Of a stretch of 10,165 nt of DNA, positions 1 to 8,958 are shown in pieces (within the stretch, counting starts at the first letter, position 1; each line of letters starts with the position of its first letter). Source of the stretch: Trichoplax adhaerens (Eukaryota > Animalia > Placozoa); assembly GCF_000150275.1 (NCBI RefSeq), contig NW_002060997.1, forward strand, positions 3,061 through 13,225. The letters are read 5' to 3'. A program made the translations under genes and the position numbers. Under the pieces are notes generated by a model. It made no database searches, was not told the origin of the DNA, and saw only the letters and a program-made list of their open reading frames with translations.

Positions 1-208
1 CTCTCGCTTATTACTTTTCCGCCTTACAATCTTAGCACCTTACTTACTACACACTTCATTATTAGCATCTTAAATACAGAATCATTTACACCTTTCATGT
101 GAAGCTCTAGTGTGAGCACTGTAGTAGTTCTCTTCAAAACGATACAGTTACTAAGCTAGCTATATTCGTATTGAATACTTAAGCCTCTAACGAAATATCT
201 AATACACG

Positions 209-394
209 TTGTATGAAAATAGTTTCAATAATTCTAGTTTGAATATTTATAACCCCCAAACACTACAGCTACAAATCACTCTACCATTCCCTCACTTCTA
301 CATACGGGACATGCAATGGAATCTTCAACACTCTCAACTCATCATCAGGAGTGATCAGGATTACTGCTTAGTAAATTCAATGAAAAAGGAATAA
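209..394 (+). pseudogene. Possible C-terminal WD40/beta-propeller blade remnant
   Basis: SLNIYNPQTLQLQITLPFPHFYIRDMQWNLQHSQLIIRSDQDYCLV fits by eye the WD40-like pattern l.Iy(d/n)..t.....tl..h...I..l.W......l...s.D. The same frame has several TAA stops upstream (e.g. 188) and no ATG, so at best this is a decayed or terminal exon. Confidence 0.3.
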
Positions 395-459
395 TACTTG
401 CGTGAAATGTAAAGCTAATCTTGTATCTTGTACCCAGTACAATTTAACGAGAGTGTCAA

Positions 460-1380
460 TCAACTAAGTTAATATTGCTTCCATAATCAATGAAGATGAT
501 TGATGTGTATACTGTACAGATGGATAAAGTATACCCCCAATGTCAGTAAAACCAATACCCAAAAATAAATAAAGCAAAGCATAATTAAAAGTAGTCTATA
601 TCTAGTCTATGGTCAATGCTATTGCTGAGTTAGTTTAATGTCTATTACAAATCGTAGTCAAAGAGGGACTTGAAAGAGAAAAGGAAAAACATCTCTAACA
701 AAACATTGGTAAAATAGGAGGAGAACATAAAGATCAACATAGGGATGGAGAAAATGGATTGCAAAATTGCAGCCTATCTATCATTAAGCATCCCATCTAG
801 TCTAAAGCAAATATTGATGACAGTCTTGTAATACTGTAGATGGCGATCTCTTCAGCTATTAATAAACTAAATTAACGTCACTTCTATCCATGAAGATGAT
901 AGATGTGTATACTGTATAGATGGATAAAGTATACCCCTAATGTCAGTAAAACCAATACCCAGAAATAAATAAAGCGAAACACCATTGCATTCGTCCATGG
1001 GGCGAATGCAATGGTTGAGTTGGTTCAATTCCAATTATAAATGGTAGTGAACGAGAGATTTGAAGAGAAAACGAAAACATTTGTAAAAAGATTTAGGATT
1101 AAGATGAAAGTAAAATAGGATGAGAAAATAAATAAAAACAGGGATAAAGAAAATGATTTGCGAAATTGCGGTCTACCATGGACTATCTCGCCGATCATAA
1201 AGCAAACCCCCAAAAGTCAGTTTAGCCAATACCCAAAAATAAATCAAAACAAAATTAATAGTATTGCAATCAATGCAATTGTGCTGCTAGTTCAATGTTT
1301 ACAATTGCAGTAAAAGACGGACTTGAAAGAGAAACAATCTCAGCAAGTTCTTGGTCAAAATAACATGAGAAGATAAAATA
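460..1380. repeat. Three diverged tandem direct-repeat copies (offsets 400 and ~274 nt)
   Basis: 491-575 vs 891-975 differ at only 4 of 85 positions. CCAATACCCA(A/G)AAATAAAT occurs at 552, 952 and 1226. The downstream motifs AATGC...GTT(T/C)AAT...GTAGT/GCAGT...GA(C/T)TTGAA...GAGAAA...AAAATA are shared, with much more divergence, by all three copies. Confidence 0.85.
981..1015. repeat. Perfect 13-bp inverted repeat (hairpin)
   Basis: ACCATTGCATTCG (981-993) pairs with CGAATGCAATGGT (1003-1015). As + strand RNA it extends inward by U.G, C-G, C-G to a 3-nt loop. Confidence 0.9.
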
Positions 1381-1439
1381 GTCTGCTAGCAAAGGCGATC
1401 ATGACTGGAAGGGATATTGCCAACAGAAAATCGTCTTAC

Positions 1440-1517
1440 CTTGTTGTCCATGTTGTCTTCCACTTTTTCCCGACCCCAAAGGCGAGATTGCCTGCTTTCA
1501 TTCTCTTTCTCACCTTG
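1440..1517 (-). other. Candidate 78-nt orphan exon of unknown product
   Basis: On the minus strand, a branch-point-like CACTAAT lies ~25 nt upstream of a TAG acceptor (1520-1518) and a consensus donor AAG|GTAAGA begins at 1439. Phase 0 is open (QGEKENESRQSRLWGREKVEDNMDNK) and GC is locally raised. No recognisable domain. Confidence 0.3.
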
Positions 1518-1830
1518 CTATCCACAGTTTACAAAGTAAATTAGTGATTTCAATTAGAGCCAAGAAAAGTGAATGGCGAGCATGCAGTAAGCAGCGTGCC
1601 TGTGCGATACTTTCTTAGTCCAAGTGAGGTTACTCGGTTGATATCTTGCTTATAATATTGTCCGCTGTAGACTCCATTCCTACTTCTATAGAGTGACAAG
1701 CTATTTTGCACAGTAGCTTGCAGCGCCGACTCTCTACTTGGTCTTCCTCTTCTTCTACTGCCTTCTACACGTGAAATGGCAGTCAACCATCAAACATCTT
1801 TTTTTCTCACTTTCTTTTTCCATACTACAG

Positions 1831-2228
1831 ATTTCTCTCTCATACTTATTAATCTGTGCTTTTGACAGATATTGTTGGGTGTTAGCATTGTCATCTTGCT
1901 TAGCAGGTACGTCTTTCAACCAGTTAAAGCAATCTTAATTAATCGATGTCATTTTAAACGCAAACCCTAACATTATTGCAATAATATAATCGTCCCTTTA
2001 TCGCCATTAGACCTATAGTTGACATTTTGGGTTGTGAACTGAATTTCTCTTATACTTGTTAATCTGTGTGTTTTATAGATATTACTGGGTGTTATCCCTG
2101 GACAATATCCTGGATATAAATGCAAATACTTTACAATTGGAAATCTGCTCGTCTATAAAGTTGTCTACAATGACGATCAAAAAATGGCTACACAATCCAA
2201 AGAAGTGATGATTATATTTGGTTACTTG
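1831..2228 (+). other. Duplicated ~53-nt segment (1831-1884 / 2043-2094) overlapping two candidate orphan exons (1831 or 1869..1906; 2079..2228)
   Basis: A long pyrimidine tract ends in tacAG at 1830 and a donor CAG|GTACGT lies at 1907, giving ISLSYLLICAFDRYCWVLALSSCLA. In the second copy, ttttatAG (2078) to TTG|GTATGC (2229) brackets an open 150-nt stretch (ILLGVIPGQYPGYKCKYFTIGNLLVYKVVYNDDQKMATQSKEVMIIFGYL). The duplication is directly visible. Exon status and product are not established. Confidence 0.35.
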
Positions 2229-3614
2229 GTATGCCCTACCTAACACTATTGAGTGCGGTGTTGTTACTCAATAAAATGCTTTAATAAAGGATGATTTCAA
2301 TGGCAAATATTGACTACGCCTTTAACAGTATCATATTGACCATTTTGTTGGACATGATGATATGTCCTCTCTCTTCAAATTTAGTAGTTCTTGCTACTTG
2401 TATCGAGTAGAGTACAGTATATAAAGTTTTTGAACTGGATGATGAAGTAAAGTTAATGCTGTAGATTATGGGCCATTGGTCAACAGTCGTGCCTGCTGTA
2501 TCCTGAAATAACAAACTACGGTCAACAAAATAACCAATTGCCCAACTTTAACCACAACGAAGCCTTGAAGGCAAGCGAAGAAATGACATTTGCTCTGAAC
2601 CCGTACAAGCCTGGCACAGCCATTGCTGCATAGTTTCAATAGTATCTCATAGGACACTTGGGCTGAAAATGGCGCCTTGAAGAATCATGAATTTGGACAT
2701 ATCCAACAACATGCACATAGCAGAATATCATTTCACTACCATTATATTTGTACGCGCATATTGAGGGTTGAAAATCGATTACCTTTGAACTGGCTACGTT
2801 GTAGGGAACATTTTTGCCTAATGTAATAGGATTTTTAGTGGGTAGAAGTTTACTCGTATGCCATCTTCAATTCTATTTGGTTCTATTTGCTGACTTTGCT
2901 TATCGTTAGAATAAGCAGCATACAGTGCAATTGATAGAATTATACCTACATTTCGGCCCAAAATAACATCAAACTATCATTAGCCAGTCATGAAAAAATT
3001 AAATTGGTAAGTTTGACATTTGCTTGAATTTCTATCACATTATTCGTTACTTTTGAACTAGAAATAGAAATTGAAGGTTTCCAAAAGACGTGGACAAAAG
3101 CCATCTTACTGTACATGCTATCTTAAGAATCTTATTCAATTATTAATGTCATTAACATTAACTTCTCATAAATTGATGCAAAAGATTCTTCACTAGCGTT
3201 GTGTCTAAACTTATCATCTACAATTAGATTTCATTATTCAGTGACAGTCCAGCCTCGGTCTTTGCAACATGGATGGTTGCATTTTCAAGATCAATTTCTA
3301 TTTACATTTATATATGAGTTTGTAGGAGCATCTTGAATTATTGTCCAACCTTTTAAATAACCGAATTGTTTGTATTTCTGTGTTGGAATACGAATCGTAT
3401 GCATATAAATTTGTACCCGACATACGCCTACTATGCCATTAATTAAATAAGCATAATATCAATTCGCTGACAAGTACCATAATCGATTATTGCAACAAGA
3501 CTTTATTCGAATTGGCACTAACTTGTCGTTTTTGTCAAGGACGAATATCATTTATATATGTTGAAGTTATCAAATCAACTCAACATTTTTCATTGACCAA
3601 TAGTCAAGGAAAAG

Positions 3615-4430
3615 ATGGCCGATAATAAATCCATCCACTCTATAATTCCTCCTCATATACAATCATTGTATGAAAATGGTGAAAAGTATAAGACTACCTA
3701 CAATTGAACCCAAGGATTATCTTATTATACGCAAGCTCTAGATGAGATTCAAGTGTTTTGCAATCCTTGTGTCAAGATGGATCGACTTCGATGCGATATA
3801 TGTCTTGATATCTGCGATATTTATATTTTACAAAAAGAACAGCAAAAGAATGGAAAGAAAAGGGACATCTCTGCCTACTTAACTGCAAGATAAAGTGAGA
3901 ATGGCTGAATAGTTAGACAGACAAAGTAAGATTAAGGGATGGCAACGGGATTGGAAAGAAGCACTGGAAGACTGTTATAAATCGCTGAACTTGAAATTAA
4001 AATGCTTCCATAAAAATGATCCACGCCTTGCTGATAGTTATCCGCAGATTGGGCGCATCTACCGTCATCAGGGCAAGTCTACAAAAGCGCTTTCTAAGTA
4101 TGACAAATCCCTTAAAATTGGATTATTAGTTCTTGGTCACAATCATCCCGATGTTATATAACAATATTGGAGTTGTCTATGAGAAACGAGGCGAGTATAA
4201 TTTGGCTCTTTCTACATATAACAAGCCACTCAAGATTCGATCATTACTTCCTGGTCACAGTCATCCTGATGTTGGGCTCTTATATAACAACATTGGAGTA
4301 TCTATTCTAGACAAGGAAGGCACCATGAGGCTCTGCATATGTATAATAAGTCACTCAGTATTATTCTACCAGCCTTAGGCGTAAATCATCCCGAAGTTGG
4401 AAAAAAACGAAAAACAATATGGCCATTACT
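3615..4430 (+). pseudogene. Disrupted paralogue of the 8959 TPR gene (N-terminal region plus about 4 TPR units)
   Basis: ATG 3615 gives MADNKSIHSIIPPHIQSLYENGEKYKTTYN*TQGLSYYTQALDEIQ...RLRCDICLDICDIYILQ, which aligns by eye with MANQTSNSTIFDEIESIRKKGVKYHGEGNYEDALFYFQKAVTQIK. In-frame stops: TGA 3705 and TAG 3910. Frameshifts: near 3840-3885, ~4155 (8 nt shorter than the next unit), ~4300 (1 nt) and ~4410. Reconstructed TPRs: ...EALEDCYKSLNLKLKCFHKNDPRLADSYPQIGRIYRHQGKSTKALSKYDKSLKIGLLVLGHNHPDV/LYNNIGVVYEKRGEYNLALSTYNKPLKIRSLLPGHSHPDVGLLYNNIGV/YSRQGRHHEALHMYNKSLSIILPALGVNHPEVG. Track ORFs 4133 and 4339 are pieces of this. Confidence 0.9.
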
Positions 4431-4627
4431 CCCCGGGTGCAACGATCACAGTATAATCAGTCAACGTCAATGGCGAAAAGAGGGAAAGATAATCATGATG
4501 TTAATCAACACGTCCAAGATATAGCTTCGTCAATCGACAACAGCATTTTAATATACTAGTATTCAAGACTACCATAAATACAGTCCTATATCATAACAAC
4601 CATATTCTGTACTTTTTTATCCTACAG

Positions 4628-5037
4628 ATTTACAAGAAAAGGAATATTACCATGCGTATACCAAGGCATTAAATCAAGGTCATTGCTATCATAATTTAAT
4701 ACGAGGCATGTTTATTGGCCCTCCCAATGTGGGTAAATCTTCTGTTAGAAAAGTATTTACTCAACAAGTATTAATCATTAATCAATCTCCTACACAAGTG
4801 GTTGAGAATTCTGATTTCATGGTGGAGACTGAATAGTATGGTATTCATAATTGAAAGAATTGTGACTGGACTGAGGTAGTAGACGATAAAGTCAAAACAA
4901 GCATCGATAGTCAAGAGAATATCAATCAGCAAATTACCCATGTGCATCCAATACATCGACCCGTTTTAACAGATAACCTACCATTGCCAAATTTACAAAA
5001 AGACAATGTGCAATCTCCTATAGTTAGTAATGCTTAA
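4628..5037 (+). pseudogene. Pseudo-exon encoding the N-terminal part of a P-loop GTPase, Roc (ROCO-family)-like
   Basis: Follows the acceptor-like ctttttatcctacAG (AG at 4626-4627). Frame +1 reads DLQEKEYYHAYTKALNQGHCYHNLIRGMFIGPPNVGKSSVRKVFTQQVLIINQSPTQVVENSDFMVETE*YGIHN*KNCDW. Walker A/G1 GPPNVGKS is at 4717-4740, preceded by a hydrophobic strand (IRGMFI) and the 'Y..AL..G' helix I recognise from invertebrate Roc domains. A candidate G2 Thr lies in SPT. Stops at 4834 (TAG) and 4852 (TGA). No G3/G4 motifs or COR domain are visible. Confidence 0.72.
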
Positions 5038-5120
5038 ACGATAGAACTATTAATCGATTGTTGCTATTTTTATTCCACTACTTTAGACCGATGGAATGAT
5101 ACCAAAGATGAAGGTAAACC

Positions 5121-5427
5121 TTGGCACTTTCTATGCTAAATATTGCTCACAAAATTCGATTGCGCTTATTTGGTAATCTTCATCTTCTTATAGCGAATTC
5201 ACTTCAGATAATGGCTGTTTGTCGCTCATATCTTGGCCAGCATAAAGTGGCTTTTACGATGCTAAATAATGTATTATACATTCGATTAGCACACCTTTCT
5301 AAAAATCATGCCCATATTGCAGACACTTATGAGCATATGGGGGATGTTGGTAGCAATAATGGGGACTATCAACAGGCTATTTCTAAATATAACATGTCAC
5401 TAGATATGAGACATGCAATCTTAAAAT
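5121..5427 (+). pseudogene. Fragment of about 2.5 diverged 42-aa TPR units
   Basis: LALSMLNIAHKIRLRLFGNLHLL-IANSLQIMAVCRSYLGQHKVAFTMLNNVLYIRLAHLSKNHAH-IADTYEHMGDVGSNNGDYQQAISKYNMSLDMRHAILK. The spacing IANS to IADT is exactly 42 aa. It starts mid-repeat on TTG with an in-frame stop just upstream, so it is not a stand-alone gene. Confidence 0.8.
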
Positions 5428-5501
5428 TTGTCATTTTTATTCTATGTTATTCCAGGATTCGACTACAAAATCGGATTCTAACTAAATATAAATAATACTA
5501 T

Positions 5502-5929
5502 TGTCACAACGTTGTTTGTGGCACAAATAACTAATTTATTCCTAGTGTAACCGCTGTACCGTTAAATACCGTTGCTAATAAGTGTCACTAACTCGACTAG
5601 CTCAGTATAAGACCTTATTCAGCAGTGAGTATATCCAGACAACTTCGTAAGTCATCTTTATTCGAACGATAAAATATACTACTAGGTAATGTAATATGAG
5701 AACCCATTCTATGATTAAAGACACGCTCTTATATACCTTTGCCAATTTCCATCGGTGTAAATTAATACATAATTCTATTTACAATATACTTGATTTTGTA
5801 TAAAATATATTTATGATAATTATTATAGAATAAATAGGTGTTCATTAATATTGTGTACTTACCACTCTTACTCCTATTAACAAATCAACTAGACTTGTTA
5901 CTTAACAATTCACAGTAACAAGTGTGACA
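5502..5929. mobile_element. Possible solo-LTR-like or short-TIR non-autonomous element (428 bp)
   Basis: Bounded by inverted termini TGTCACA (5502-5508) and TGTGACA (5923-5929), i.e. TG...CA. Contains TATATA (~5730) and AATAAA (5829). No 4-6 bp target-site duplication (ACTAT vs ATCTC; only AT on each side), which weakens the call. Confidence 0.25.
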
Positions 5930-8900
5930 ATCTCTATTACACATTCTACTCTTATTAGATGATTTAAATCATCAGAGTCGCTAATAGAAATCCATTAACG
6001 ATTTAACATATCGTCACTCTACTTTAGATAAAAATATGAATAAATATTTTTTTATGTACGGTAATGATGAACCGTAACAACCATCAACAATAAAACTTTT
6101 TCTGAGAAAGAAATAATTAATAGAATATCGGATTATAATTGTAATCTATAATAGCAAGAAAGATTACTATTTTCGTTGTGCGACATTCTAAAGTAAAATT
6201 GAAAGCACATTTCACGTATCGATACTTTAACTAGGTAAAGTAAGATGCTATTTCTATTATCTATCGAATAATAAAATTGCAAGAATTCAAACTTCCAACA
6301 AAAACTATTCATGATTTATTTTGCTTTTTTTCAAACACATTATTTCATTAATTAAAAATAGAGGACCTCATGCTGTAAATACGCTGAAAAATATTATGAC
6401 AGTTTATGTATGATATTGCCTTTGTAAAATGTAAATGTTACAGATTTTCTTATACATACACCTGTACTAAGAGAAGTGGATAGAAGAAAAGCACATTACA
6501 ATAGGCAAATTATTGGCGATAGCTAATTCAAATCTGATTATTGACGACAATCGCATACACTTTTTGGCCAAGATTATGCTTATTTGCTGTTTGAATTAAT
6601 CTATATAATCTGCCAATATCTACTCAATTTTGGTTAAAAGAGAACAAAGAAAAATTAGAAGCACATACGTTCAAAGTTACCAAACCTTGCTATTTCCCTC
6701 CTTCCACCAAAACCTCCACATAGTTTCAGGTCTTTGCAGCTTCTTAAGCAAGCAGAATTTACATATAAATTTCGCATTACTGGTAAAATACTGTAGTGAT
6801 ATAAACTATTAATGAATTATTAAGAATCACATTCAATATACCGTACTCAATTTCGATTGAAATATACGGTAATTAATATTACCAACAGCAATGACTTTTC
6901 CTGCAAGATCGTTCATTTATTATTATGCTGGATAGATGATTAAAAAATAATGATTTTCTACAATACCAGTAAAAGAATTTTTGAAAGAATTTATTAAAGT
7001 TCTGATATAGCATCTTGCAGCTACTATAACAAACAGCACGATTTCTTACTAATTTTATAATGTCAACTGTATCAGCCTAGCAATAACAATTTCAACTTAA
7101 TCCTACGTAAATTTCGGGGCTGCTCTATGTAAGTGTAATTGCATTACTAATCCCCATTTTAAAAGACCGTTACTTCTATTTAACTGATAGTACCGTTGTA
7201 AGCCATCATTTTGATGTTCTCTAGCCTAAAATACTAATTTTCCATGATTAGTTTTACTTCTTCGCAATAATACAGTTAATATAAATGATAAATACACTTG
7301 CAATTCCATGAATATGTGATTACGATATTATGATAAATCCTAACCAGAGTCAAGTCATTGGGCTCATGCTATATTTACGCTATATACTATATGCATGCTA
7401 TCTATGTATAGCATATACATATACTTTGATAATTCAATTTTGCCCTTCCCATACGATTATGGAAAATAAGTTTCCATTTGAAGACACTAGCAGCTATGCA
7501 ATTAGTGTTAGCTTTATGTAAGTGTTTCTTTAAGCAAGTATAATGAAGGAAGTCGGTGGTAGGCAATGTACGATATAGTAGATTAATGTTGAAGTATATC
7601 GACAGTTTATACTCGTCGCTATTTATCATTAGCTTCAATGAATATGTTCTTATTGCTTACTGCTGATTGTTATTGCTTAATAAAAATACGCAACTTAAAA
7701 TACCGATAATTATATTGCAAAACCACATCATTAATATTACATAACGTGAAGTATTTCTTTATTACCCTTTTCCAATAGCCTATAATCTGCGATTGCAGTT
7801 CTAATTTGCAAATTTTCAATTATGCTTTGTAGTCATGAAATAATATTAATTAACTTACGGTTACAGTAGTAGATTACCCTAAAAAAGATAAAAGCTATTT
7901 TAATTAGGTGCTAATTGAATATTATTAATTAATCAAGCTAGCAAGTCAGTCATTGAATGTATACTCGTATAATGATAGATTTTAATCGCATCGTTTTCAT
8001 TATACATATTTAATTTCAGTTACTGATGTTTTCGACATCAATGTGATAACTATGATATTTGAAAATAGGATTGAAAGTTTACGGATTTTAAATGAAATGG
8101 TGAATCTACCCTACGGCTTTAACTTGTATGATTTGTGCTATTTGGATTTTGTATGGTGAATTGAGTACGAATCACTTAAATCGTAAATTGAAATAATACA
8201 GACCACCTCTTATATGCATGGCATTATATAAGATTAAAAATAAACCTGCAATAAAATAGTCTATCTTAGTATCTTATATAAAATTGACACATTTAATAGA
8301 ATACTAGTTTATCCTCGTGTAAGTACCGTAAGTGTCATGTGCTATGCAGGTGATTTATACATTAGCTTTAGTTGAATTAGACATCAAGCAATTTTGTATT
8401 CATCAATCAATTTAATGATGCAAAATTATTATCCAATCAATGTTAATTCAATCTTTATTGGTAAGCGTGGAAGCTATTGTCATGTTCCTATTCTATTCAT
8501 GTTCATGCTAATCTTGAACTTATTGTACGTGTAGGCTCAACATTTGAGTCATTTTGATGCTAGTGTTGTGCTAATGATGCGTTTTTTAATTATTATTATA
8601 ATGATGATTGACATATTAGAAAAACGGATAGAAAGAAGTGTTGACAAGAATGCCTGCCCAATTTAATTTATTTCTTCTCCATCATCCTGATGAATTGTAA
8701 GAGAATAATGGATGAATGATTGAAAACCGCGAACAAATAAAGGCGTATCCGATTTGGCTAATTAGAGCACGCTCCTAACAGAAATAGACTTTGTAATGCT
8801 GATCTTGGTTTTAAAAAATCGAGCATCCATGATAGTGTGCTCTTTACGTATTTTATCACTCATTTGTACAGCGATCAAAACTGTTAACCCGATCGAGTAG

Positions 8901-8958
8901 ACAAATTGTGACTATTTTTCTCAAATTGTATATTTTGATTGTTGTTGAAAAGTAAAAT

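Noticed and set aside
1025-1213. Hydrophobic 62-aa minus-strand ORF
   Set aside because: Hydrophobicity comes from the T-rich strand of the repeat, and the frame is not kept in the other repeat copies.
1550-1786. 78-aa minus-strand ORF and an alternative acidic frame (KAVEEEEDQVESRRCKLLCKIAC)
   Set aside because: No recognisable motif, and the frame is ambiguous.
2314-2720. Two overlapping minus-strand ORFs in a slightly GC-richer patch, with an acceptor-like tttcAG near 2503
   Set aside because: No recognisable domain in any frame I translated. It may be an exon relic but cannot be supported.
4771-4956. 61-aa minus-strand track ORF
   Set aside because: Antisense shadow of the plus-strand Roc-like pseudo-exon.
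6839-6871. Interrupted hairpin TACCGTA/TACGGTA with an inner TCAAT-TTCG-ATTGA
   Set aside because: Short AT-rich stems with an asymmetric bulge; plausible by chance.
7380-7425. TA/TGCA-rich self-complementary patch
   Set aside because: Low-complexity alternating purine-pyrimidine sequence with no further support.
6630-7638. Short track ORFs at 6630, 7330 and 7402
   Set aside because: Near-threshold lengths, AT-driven composition and no motifs; consistent with chance ORFs in intergenic DNA.
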